A stretch of DNA of 63,927 bases, filler included, from Reticulomyxa filosa (Eukaryota; Protista; Foraminifera), in NCBI GenBank assembly GCA_000512085.1. It is 23 parts of 23 records of this genome, joined end to end, with 100 filler letters (N's around TTAATTAATTAA, not from the genome) between each part and the next. Parts side by side here need not be neighbours in the genome. Positions count along the whole stretch, not along the records: positions 1 to 3,712 come from ASPP01013690.1; positions 3,813 to 5,751 come from ASPP01025645.1; positions 5,852 to 8,924 come from ASPP01012676.1; positions 9,025 to 10,865 come from ASPP01033687.1; positions 10,966 to 21,561 come from ASPP01038099.1; 18 more parts are not named here. One strand, 5' to 3'. A model generated the notes under the pieces. It made no database searches. It was given only the letters and a program-made list of their open reading frames with translations, and was not told the DNA's origin. Both the position numbers and the translations under genes were made by a program. Positions 1-11,049 of this stretch are shown here, piece after piece (positions within the stretch are counted from its first letter, which is position 1; each line of letters begins with the position of its first letter).

Positions 1-110
1 TTTTTTTTTTAGACATTTCTAAATTTTCGCAAAATCGGTTTTTCTTGCCCCTTTTTAAAAAAAATTGTGTTTTTTTTATGATGCATGTTTGTTTGTATGC
101 TCAATGACAG

Positions 111-3100
111 ACGAGTGGATCGAATGCAGTGAAACGTATGAATAATCGTTGGAGGAATGAATTGAACAGTATCTCTTTGCGACAGACAAGCTTTGCCAAA
201 ATCTTTGAGGCGAGACTATCGGTGATGAAGTCATTATTCCGACACTTGGAACAATCGACCACGATCCCTTCTAGTCTTTCACAACCCCCTGTTACCAATC
301 GCTTCATTCGCCAAAATGCACTGAGTCATGACTTTGCCACTGTCAAAATTCCCGTCAAATTTTGGGAACAAATTCCAGGTTTTCCGATACTCATCCCCTT
401 TTCTCGGCTTTGTTTCAAACTGTCCTTATGCTTTTTTTTTTAATTCTAAAAAAAAAAGGGGTCAATTTTTTGAAATTGTAATGTAAAGTCACAAGACGAG
501 AAAACAATAACAACATACGAACATATAAACCTACATGAACAAAAAAAAAAAAAGGAAATGATCCTTCGAAATGGCCAGAAAATTTGGATAGGTTCATCAA
601 ATACGTGACGGCAACACCGGCCTTACATTTGTATAGTGAGCGGCGAAGTAAGATGGAAGAGTTTTTTCAAAAAGCGTGGCAAAAAATTAGTGAAACAACA
701 AATGATTTAAAAGTTGAATCTATTCGTCTTTTCTATTCTTTTTTTTATTCAAATTGTTTGGAATGCTGTATACAAATTCACATCATACTATGTGTACATA
801 CATACACACATATACATATATATATAAACATATATACATATATATGTATATGTGTATGCACAAAGTGCAAATGTATAAATGTATATACATATGGAACTGG
901 TCTCTTTTTGAATGCAGATAAAAGGACAAATGATAAGTGGATTATTGGCATTTACAATACGTCTGGGATCACCCGCATTTGTATTGGCAATGATTCGACT
1001 GCTAAATGACTATCAAAAAGAGTTAGACTCTCAACTCACATCCACTCAACAAAAGCTCGAGTTCTTTCCCAATGCGACAAAGCCGTCCAAAGGCGAGCAA
1101 AAGAAGGAAGGCAACGAAGGGGGCGATAAAAAGAATGACGGATGGATGCCCAAGCCTGTGCGTTCACTGCTCAAAGATCTGGCAACACAGTCACGCGAAT
1201 GCGATGTCTCTGTTCCACGAGGAGAGTCGATGGAAGGTATTGCCAATACTGTCTATGTTTCGCACTTGTGTGTGCGTGTATATATGTGTTACTCCCTTCC
1301 CGGCAGAAGCAATTGAGCAGAAGAGCGGAGAGTGAAGGTGGAGAAGGGAAAACAGCAAAAACAATAACACACAAGCAAACAAAATGAACAAAACGCATAC
1401 ACACATGCAAAACGCACAACAAAAGCACATATGGTAATTCGCGACGCCGGCTATCAAGCAGCGGTACTCGAACACTATGGCATATTGGCGGAAGATTTGC
1501 GCACTAATTTCACTCAGCGTCATCAGAAAATCTCGTCAGGACGAGGCTTCACAACAGACGGACAATACCTGTATGTGCATTGCTCCTCTGGACTGCTCAA
1601 AATCGACATAAGCCATTCCAACTCCAATCAATGGAAATTGATCAACTCGTGCAGCTATCGCAACAGCGAGCAAATCCAAATTGTCTGGGTGGATGGCAAA
1701 CTTTACAGTCGCTCTTCCAACATGTCGCCTGGGCTCGTGGAAGTCATCGATCCCTACACTTTGCATGTCCGTGTGTTTTCTATGCATCCACACTTTGTAT
1801 GTTTGATCGCATCTCTGGATGTAATCCTATTGAAATTGATCCCATTATACATATATACACATACACATACACACATACAAATATATACATATATGTATAT
1901 GTTTATAACTGTGACAAATGTTGTACAGAAAATCGAAGATGTCCATTTGGGCGTGAATTTCGATAACAGCTCTCCAAGTCGCTGGAGAGGTCGAGATTTG
2001 CCGATGATGACCGACGGACTGTACTTGTATTTGGTATCTCACGAACAAGATTGGAACCACTATTACGAACAAAGTCAGGAGATGCGCAACGAGATAATTG
2101 CAAAGAAATCGCAGACGGTAAGGAAGGCACGTACCAATATCAAAGCAATCAAACAGCGCGCCATGGACTTGCAAAAGAATTCCAAGGAAACGCAAACGGA
2201 AAGTGTACAAACGGTTACATTTGACCCTATTCGAATGGAAGGGAACATTGGAAGAGAAGAAAAACCAATAAGTTTGTCTTTTGTTCTTTTTTTTCGAAAC
2301 AACCCCAAACACAAATACATAAATACATAAAAGTATACAAAAAAAAAAATGGATGATAAAAAAAAGGTGCGTCCAACAACGAATCAAAAGAAAAGGAAAA
2401 AGAAAAATCATTGGAAATAGACCAGTTGCAAAATGAGCAGTACGTATTCAAAAAACGATTGTTGAAAGTAACCCAACAAAAACTCTCATTGGTGAATATC
2501 ATCAACCAAGATGCAAAGAAGCAAGATAACCGATTTGATAAAAAACGTGTAATCACGGAACTGGACGAAAATGTAATTCGCAACAAATTCGGAGTGCCAC
2601 CAAAGCGATTGGTTTTGTACGCCTACGACGTATCGCGGGCCGAGCACATCCCAGTGCCAGACTTCCCTTTGGGCGAGCCTTGTCCCAAGCCCCCACCCGA
2701 AAATGTGAAGAAATTGCAAAATCGAACGGCCCAAGCGTATTCATTGTCCAAGAAGTCCAAGTACTTGCACGACCCTTTCATCTGCTACAAAGCGCTTAGT
2801 CTTCACAACGACGACGAAAGCAACGCGATCAATTGGCTCTCTGCCAATCGAGATCAATCGGAAAAAACGCGCAAAGTGGCGCCATTGGCACGATACATTG
2901 TATGTCAACCTACGCCAAATGTCGCCACGGATAGCAATGAAAACATGTTCAACAACTGTCTGTTCTATTGCACGGGATACCAATTCGTGGTCTTGGTTCC
3001 GCCTCACGTGCAGCCATGGAGCTCCACAGATAAACACGTCGCGAGAGTGTATGATATGGGAGATGGTTCGTTCATTCAAGATGTCCTGGACATTACCTTT

Positions 3101-3712
3101 CATAACCACGTTCGCTTAACAAAGGCGTGTATTGATCCATTGAATAATCTCATTTGGGGCATTTCCATTGCCAACGATTTGATCTTGCAATCGTTTCCCA
3201 ATCACGGCCCCGCCGCCCATTTTTATGAAATGCCCGAATCCGTCGACAACGAACCCGCACCTGTGGCGGCCCCAGAAGCCAATGAAAAGGACAACCAGGA
3301 GAAAGAACAGCAAACAGCTGAGGCCCAACTCGCAGATGATGTCAATCAACTCAATATCGATTTTGGATCGGAACAAGACACATCTGATTCGTCCGCTTCA
3401 GGCACTGACACTGACGTATCGGAATCCGACGAACCTGTGCCAACAACCACTGAAGCAAAGTCATCCACTGTCTCTCAACCTGTGACCGACACAACTCAAA
3501 AACTCAATCCATCACCAGTACAGGTATCAATACTGCATATATATATATATATACATATATATACATATATATACATATATGTATATGTATATATATCTTT
3601 TCTCTTTTGTGTCAAATTGTCACAATAACAATGACAACGACGATAACGTGAACAAAACAAAAACAAAAGCAAGAGGTGACAAACGCGCCAGTGACAAACG
3701 TGCCAGTGACAA
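111..3712 (+). CDS. Internal part of a large multi-exon protein, HECTD4/MYCBP2-like E3 ligase region with a UBA-like segment
   Basis: Phase-compatible GT-AG exons: 111-378, 555-712, 918-1236, 1426-1766, 1929-2271, 2367-3523, 3670-3712. Repeated motif TTDGQYLYVHCSSGLLKI / MMTDGLYLYLV resembles the repeats in HECTD4/MYCBP2. ICYKALSLHNDDESNAINWL is UBA-like. No HECT or RING domain is in view. The gene is well supported; the family call is tentative. Confidence 0.55.
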
Positions 3713-3812
3713 NNNNNNNNNNNNNNNNNNNNNNNNNNNNNNNNNNNNNNNNNNNNTTAATTAATTAANNNNNNNNNNNNNNNNNNNNNNNNNNNNNNNN
3801 NNNNNNNNNNNN
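3713..3812. other. Artificial contig linker (first of 22)
   Basis: N44-TTAATTAATTAA-N44, 100 bp, with stops in all six frames. The same linker starts at about 5752, 8925, 10866, 21562, 23332, 26574, 33653, 35365, 36873, 38570, 40391, 47319, 49793, 51282, 52768, 54823, 56429, 57744, 59118, 61366 and 62828. Confidence 0.98.
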
Positions 3813-5638
3813 ACTGGATGGGAAATCGGAACGTTGATTTGAGTGCAAACAACACATTGTCGGCTACAGTCAGTTCCTTTGGCGACATCACCGGAGATGA
3901 ATTGGTCGCCAAGTCAGTCGTGTTCCATTGCGCCAACAATGCAAAGCCTGCATTTTGTGCACCTTTCATTACTGGCGTTGGAGTAGTTGGATCCACTACT
4001 GCAAGACGACAAACAAGTTTATTATTATTATTATTTATTGTTGTTATTTATTTGAAAAAAGGGATTATTTTACCCAAAAAAATCCTTTCAAATTAAAACT
4101 TTTTTTTTTTGGTTCTTTTTTTTGCTTAGACGGATACGTGTTGAAAGCAGATTTTTCGACAGCCCCTGGCGTGAATACTCAAGGAAATGCTTATATTTCA
4201 CTCGAGTTAATAATAATTTGATTGAAAGTTTTTTTTTTTTTTTTTAGAAAAGAGAGATGGTTGGATATATAATTTTTTTTTTTTAAACACAACTAACAAA
4301 AAAAAAAGGGGGACTTTTTTTTTGAAAAAAAAGTTGCATATCTTGTGTTTTGTGATAATTTTTTTTGTTAAAAAAAAAAGTTATGCCGGACAAGTACAAT
4401 ACCAATTTGATACGTACGTGTTTGGAGGGTCGGACAACTGTCCTGGCGACTTAGTAAACATTTGGATCGGTGACGCGTGGACAGATGGGGTGAACACGGC
4501 GCATTCGACGCAATGTTCGTCCTCGATGTACGGGACATTCTACGACCCAACGAACCAATGCTACGCAGAAGTGAACAAGACAGATTGCATGTTTTGCAAA
4601 TCGGGTGGAAAGTTTTGTGGCAACAGTGGATATCAGTATACATGCGACTACGCGACGAACCCTTTCTCGTGTTCGCCGATGGACTTGTCAGGACGCTACG
4701 CACCTCTGAACTGGTCGATGATCCACAACAGCGGAATGTCATGGGGGGAACCACAGATAGATACATGACAGATTTGGGACACTTGTTGCACAAGTCGGCA
4801 GTGTTGGTATGTGCCAGTACAGGGAAGCCATTGTATTGTGCAAAATTGCAAAACGTGGGCGTCGGAATTGCGCAAGCAAAGTTTGCAGATGCGACTGGCG
4901 CCCAAGGTGTAGTAGTTGTACGAGATGGACAGGTGGGTATCAATGTGGACTTTTCACAGGCAAAGGCCAACTATTTGGGCACCAAAGTGCCCACGACGTG
5001 CTTTGATCAAGGCTTGAAAGCGCATATCCACGAGCATTGGAATTACGAATCGACGACGGACCAGGTCGGCTACACTGCGTGTGACAAGTCAGCAACGGGT
5101 GGACATTGGGACCCATGGGCTGCGTGCAGCACCACCACAAGCTACACTGCGATATGCAAGCTAACTCCTTCGCCCAGCCCCACGTCGGCATGTATCAGCG
5201 TCGGAGGAACGGTCGGCAATGGCAAGTACATTTGCAACACCACCAACTATGCGCAAGACCCGTTTGCATGCGAGATCGGAGACTGGAGTGGCAAGTACGG
5301 CAAGTACGTGTTGGGAAGCGACTCGCGTGTGTCGCGAAGTGATCACTCGCCTTGGGAAGTGGACGCCACCGAATTGGTTGGACGCTCCATTGTCTTCCAT
5401 TGCGCCGATGACAACACGAGAGCCTTTTGCGCACCCTTCACGCTGTTGAACAACACAGACGGAGATGATACCAAACCCACATGGTCGCAGAGCACCCAAT
5501 CAGGAAACACCATCGAACAAGCCTCGATATCTAGCTCGTGGGGAAGTATCGTTTTGACTAGCACCGGACATTACCTTATCAATGCCAATTTCTCCAAATA
5601 TCCATGCGCTGCTCGTATTGGTTATGGAGTCTTTGAAG
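3813..5638 (+). CDS. Tandem Cu/Zn-SOD-fold repeat protein of the copper-only SOD type, partial
   Basis: Third domain reads KAHIHEHW...ATGGHWDP...CEIGDWSGKYG...GRSIVFHCADDNTRAFCAPF. Paralogous domain ends: KSVVFHCANNAKPAFCAPF (about 3910-3967) and SPMDLSGRY...KSAVLVCASTGKPLYCAKL. Introns at about 4017-4129 and 4200-4380. One frameshift in the G6 run at 4743-4748. Confidence 0.85.
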
Positions 5639-5718
5639 GTTAACTTTTTTTTTTTTTTTTTTTTCCCCCCCCTTTCCCCTTCCCCCTTCTCTGTTACAAA
5701 TATTTTATCAAGGTTATT

Positions 5719-5751
<33 letters not shown>

Positions 5752-5985
5752 NNNNNNNNNNNNNNNNNNNNNNNNNNNNNNNNNNNNNNNNNNNNTTAAT
5801 TAATTAANNNNNNNNNNNNNNNNNNNNNNNNNNNNNNNNNNNNNNNNNNNNTATATATATATATATATGTATATGTATACATATATAAATACATATACAT
5901 ATATATATATATATGTATATTTATATGTGTTTATAAAAAGATGCAACCATAATTTTGGGAAATGGATTTTTTAAAAAAAATACAG

Positions 5986-7131
5986 TTGGGCAGGATGGCG
6001 TGCAGTTTGGTATGCGTTTGGCTTTGCAGGCATCGTGTGGTGCATTTTTGTGGGATTGCTACCTCGGCCTTTGAAGACACGACGACGCGAGTTTACTCAG
6101 TCGTACGAAGGGAAGAAAAAACTCAGTGTGTCGTTTTCGCTGAACGATTCGGCGGGAGGCAGAAACCAACAGTATTCGCAATTGTCGGCACCGCCTTCAC
6201 GCGAGTCCAGCGTGGAGCCGGCATACAACGCGGAAGACAAGGGAGTACAGTTGCTCGAGGTACTACGCTACTTTGCTTTGACCCCTGCCATTTGGCTGCT
6301 GTGCTCCGCTGCCATGATTCGACAAGCAGCGGGACTCATCTGGGCTTACAATAGCAAAGATTTTTTCAGTGATGTTCGAGACCAAAGCAACTACCAACAG
6401 TCCGTCTTTATGCTATGGATTCCTGCCTTGTTTGGCTGTTTAGGTTCCGTTTATGGGGGATACGTTTCCGATAACTACGTCAAACACGCTAGCAATAGCA
6501 AGAGATTAATCATTTTGGTGGTATGTAATACTTATATGTATATACATATATACATAATATAAATATATGTACCTTTTGTTTTGCACTTCTTCTTTTAAGT
6601 TTGTTTATGTTGTTGTTGTTGTTGTTGTTGATGATGATGACGATGCCAAAGGCGTCGAATTTGTGCGCGGCGCCGTTTGTTTTTGGTGCATTGCTTACCC
6701 CTTGCCCTTGGTGCTATCTTTGGCTTATCCCCAGTAACATCATTGGGGAGATGTGGTCCGGGATTGGCATGGCGGTTGCTGTCGAACTTGTGCCTGCAAA
6801 AATGAAAACGACAGGACTGGCTGTGTATTTTTTTGTCATTGGCTTGTCTGGATTCTTTCCTGCCTTGGTTACACCGATCTCCAATTTATTTGACTCTGGA
6901 GAAAATGGACAATATCTACGTGCTCTCATTGTCCTGTTTCCTGGGTTTTATCTCCTTTCATCTCTCCTGTTTTTTCTCACTTTCTTTATAGTTATTCAAA
7001 TATTCACTATCTTTCAAATAATGCCTACTTATTTCATCTCTCATCATGCTTGCTTGTTGTAATGCCAAATATAGATTTTGCGCAAAGAAAAATCACAAGT
7101 CAATGCCGTATCGACGGGGGAAATACAATAA
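5986..7131 (+). CDS. MFS transporter, spinster-like, 3' part
   Basis: GWRAVWYAFGFAG, GSVYGGYVSD and AVAVELVPAKMKTTGLAVYFF are MFS motifs with many hydrophobic helices. Exons about 5986-6520, 6652-6990 and 7075-7131 (TAA). Confidence 0.8.
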
Positions 7132-7803
7132 TATTTTTTCACAACCTACACGTCAGTTGATACCACTTGTTTATTTTTTTTTCATTATGCATCTTCCTTT
7201 GTAACTGATTAATTTTAATTGTAATATCCAGCGTGTCCTTGATAATCTCATTAAAGCCCACAGAGGAAGAAACATTTTGATATTTGTTGCATTCTCTTCT
7301 TTATCAGCCAGATGGACTTAAAAGAAAAGGAAGAAATTAATATCACGCTTGTGAATGGTAAAATGTTCAAAATGAGAATCTGTTTCGAGTTTTCTGCCAT
7401 TTGTTTTTTTTAAGCTTTAAAAGAAAATACAATTGAAAACAAGATGGTGCAAATGAACGAAACATATCTATGCTAACTCAAAGGCTTTGTTAATGTAATC
7501 TGTGATCAGTTGTTATCACTTTGCTTTCATTTTTTAGAATAAGACATCCCGGAATAAACTATTGTGAAAATTTATTATTTTCTCTCTCGTTGTACACAAG
7601 TAGCCGTTTGTTGATATAATTAATATAACTTTCTTATATTTTATTTTTGATCGAAAGTTTAGACGATAATTTTTACTTAGGCAATAAAAAAAAAATATAA
7701 TTTGCAATTCAAACTTTGTAACACCGGACACAAGGTAAGTATGGTCCAACAAAACGCAATTATATCACGATTTAAAACAAGTAAAAGATAAAACAGATTA
7801 GTC

Positions 7804-8878
7804 TTATTGAGCGACAGAAGAATCCAAATCACTTTCCTCAGAAACATAAGAACTGGATTCCAAGACTTTGGAGACAGTCTCAACAATGATACCGGCAGCG
7901 GTTTCAAGTTGCTTGGGCGTGTGTTGTGCCGTGACACAAATGCATAAACTTGGTTTTGGGCTTGATTTTTCTCGAATGCCAAATTCTTGTGGCAAATAAG
8001 AAGCTGGAAACACTAAAACACCCTTTTGGCGGCATTGCAAAGTGATATCCTCTAAATAAACGTCAGCACGCTTGTCACTGACATTAAGCAATCGGATATG
8101 GATTAATGGTGACTCGGGGTTTCCTAATAAGCGCCATCGCTTACCTTTTTTTTTTTTAATATGCAAAAGCTAAGCTTGAGTCTGATACATCTGCAAACAA
8201 ACAAATAAAAAATACCTCTGTCTTTAAGTTTTTCTCTGGTCAGTTTAGCATTGGACAGAAGTTGATTGACCAAAACACGGCCTTCGCTTTGAAGCAATTC
8301 CAAAGCTTTTTGAGCTGCAGTACATTGAAACATTGGCGACGAAGCGGTGAAGACATATCCAGGAGCAGATAATCGTTGGTGATCTGTGATCTGTCGACTG
8401 CCGACACAAAACGCGCCAGTGCTGCCCAAAGCAGTGTCCATGGAAGATACATACACATCGATTTTATCGAAGGGAATGTTCCAATATCCTGGACTGCCTT
8501 TGCTGTGTAACACGCCTAATCCGTGGGAATCATCCACATACAAGCGGTATTTATACTCTTCCTTCAGCTTCACGATCTCTCGTAAGTCGCTTATATCTCC
8601 TGAGCTCTGTTAAGTTTTCAATTTCATATTTCATTCCCTTTTTTTTTTTTTTTGTAACAACAAAAAAAAAAAGATATGCCACAAACCCGAAAGATTCCTT
8701 CAGTGATAATAAATCTACGATTGAGTGGTCGTTTATGTCGTTGAGAATCCTCTTGAACAGTTTGCAAGCATTTTAATAAGTGATTCATATCATTGTGTTT
8801 GTACCACACCACATGTGCACGAGACAACATTGCTCCTTGGGTTATTAAAAAGTGGCACCCTTCGTCTCTTCACAAAAC
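7804..8878 (-). CDS. LCB1: Serine palmitoyltransferase subunit LCB1/SPTLC1, 3' part
   Basis: RRFIITEGIF, KLKEEYKYRLYVDDSHGLGVL and GAFCVGSRQITDHQRLSAPGYVFTAS. The PLP-lysine position reads SMDTAL with no Lys, as expected for LCB1 rather than LCB2. Introns at 8145-8215 and about 8608-8686. Confidence 0.88.
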
Positions 8879-9024
8879 TTAAAAAAAAAAAAAAAACAAA
8901 GTTCGTAAAAAAAAAAAAAAAAAANNNNNNNNNNNNNNNNNNNNNNNNNNNNNNNNNNNNNNNNNNNNTTAATTAATTAANNNNNNNNNNNNNNNNNNNN
9001 NNNNNNNNNNNNNNNNNNNNNNNN

Positions 9025-9560
9025 TAAAGTTTTTAACTCTTCAATGGGATATATTTAATGATAGAAATGATAATACAGATGTGCGTATGGAATTTGCAAA
9101 ATTACTTGGGATAATTGCAGTGAACCTAAATGAAAAACATTTTGATGATGCTTTTGAATGTTTGAATGATAGACAATTGGATAGAGTTTTCATTGCTTTA
9201 ATTGATGGGTTAAAAGATACAAATAAATGGGGTCATGAATCATGTGCAAAATTCCTTGAAGTAATTTCAAAAAAATTGAACGGGAAACAACTGAAAATAG
9301 TTATCAACGTTTTGATGAGTGGACTAAAATATGGAAATAGCTGTGTTCGTATATTATGTGCAAAATCACTTGGAATAATTTCAGAGAAATTGGATGAGAA
9401 ATAACTGGAAGATGCAATTAATACTTTGATCGATGAATTGAAAGATGAAGAGGATTATGGTCGTAATCATGTGCAGAGTCACTTGGAGTAATTTCAATGG
9501 ATTTGACTGATACACAACTGGGAGGAGTTTTCAATGCTTTGTCATTTAAGCAGAAATTTA
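9025..9560 (+). pseudogene. HEAT/ARM-like repeat pseudogene
   Basis: About 40-aa repeats (QLDRVFIALIDGLKD...CAKFLEVISKKL; QLKIVINVLMSGLK...CAKSLGIISEKL). In-frame TAA at 9402-9404 where sister repeats have CAA, followed by a frameshift. Confidence 0.7.
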
Positions 9561-10518
9561 ATTTCATATGAAAAAGGGGTGAAAGAATTACAAGTTCAAT
9601 TAATAGTTTATTGAGATTATATCACAGTTGAAGAATTTAAACATAAATGTCCAGATTTGATGGATGATTGAAGTTGCAATGTGGTGAATCGATTGATAAA
9701 TCTGAAATCAAATTAATGTTGTAAAATGAGTTTGGTGGTTGATCATGAAGATCATTGTATTTACTTGGGTTTGTGTAAAATATTGGATTGTGAGTGGATA
9801 ATCGATGGATGAAAACAATTCCTTTAAATAAATCTCATTCAGTCAATGAGCATGGATTAATTCAATCCTATTTAGTTGCTCAAATGGTCCAGACCTTGAT
9901 GAAAGCAAAGAATGGTTAAAACGACATAATGGTATGTTTATGAATGGTTTAGAGACCAAGAGTACAAGAGTTTTGTATTTGAAAAAAAGAAATTACAATG
10001 CAATCTTCAAAGAAAATATAATGAAAAATGGAAATAAATCAAATGAACGTGTTCAATTTATTTTGACACTAATTTGTTTCAATGTGAAGTGATTCCTTCA
10101 CTCTTAATATAGTATATTTTTTTTATTGAAACACAACTTTTTTTGTGTGTTATTTTGTTCAAATTCTTTCAGTGATATTTCTCTTTAATTCTTTCGTAAA
10201 ATACCGCTTTTAAAAGATATTTTTCCATATGAATAAACTGAGTTTTGCAATATTTTATCACGATTTCTTTATACCAACATATAAATGTATCAAGATAAAC
10301 AAGAATTGACAATGTCATTTTTTTCTCGGTTAACTCACGCACTGAAACTAAACTGCATCATCGAAAGGGATTAGGTATATTTACTTTATTTAATATAAAG
10401 GATATAATTTTTATTTGTTTAATTTTGGCAAATCAGTTGAGAATAAAAAGTTTTTTTGATGTTGTAATCAATGATCTTTTAAAGCAAGGACAGCTATTGA
10501 ATATCCAACAAACAGAAA

Positions 10519-10865
10519 ATGATGAAAAAAAGTATGTCATTGTGGTGGGTGTTATGGTGTAGCACTTTGGCTGTGTGGCTGGTACTGGTAACGACTGGCG
10601 TCATGAGCACATGTCCGTCGAATGACCATTGCATTGAGTGCAATCAAGTGCAAAACTGTTCGACAGAAGACTGTCTGTGTGTGAAGATGCCAGCAAACGG
10701 ACACAACATGAACGCACACGACGAGGAATTATTAGTGGAGAATAAACTGAAAGAGTTGACGAATGCGACCACACTCGCATATTGCGTAGTGTTCCACAAC
10801 AACACATTAAGTTATCCTTGTGACATTAACACATGGCGCGCTCGAACACAAACAAGTTGTTTGAG
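10519..10865 (+). CDS. Putative secreted or surface Cys-rich protein, N-terminal part
   Basis: Signal-peptide-like start (MMKKSMSLWWVLWCSTLAVWLVLVTTG) followed by Cys-rich sequence with N-x-S/T sites. Truncated by the contig end. Confidence 0.6.
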
Positions 10866-11049
10866 NNNNNNNNNNNNNNNNNNNNNNNNNNNNNNNNNNN
10901 NNNNNNNNNTTAATTAATTAANNNNNNNNNNNNNNNNNNNNNNNNNNNNNNNNNNNNNNNNNNNNAATTTATTTTGATAGTAACTTTTTGTTTTTTTTAA
11001 ATTTTTTTTGGGTTAAAATAAAATGAAAAACCAATGTACGCCAATACGT

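Noticed and set aside
4743-4748. Programmed ribosomal frameshifting in the SOD gene (also at about 22518, 23155 and 40814)
   Set aside because: Each case is fixed by adding one base to a short run, and they share no slippery motif. This fits homopolymer undercalling better; raw reads would settle it.
4368-5564. Long antisense and alternative-frame ORFs over the SOD gene and other GC-richer exons
   Set aside because: Shadow ORFs of real coding sequence with no motifs of their own.
9402-9404. In-frame TAA at a Gln position suggesting TAA-to-Gln recoding
   Set aside because: Intact genes here end in TAA, TAG or TGA and lack internal stops. The tubulin pseudogene has TAA at a Glu position. These are ordinary nonsense mutations.
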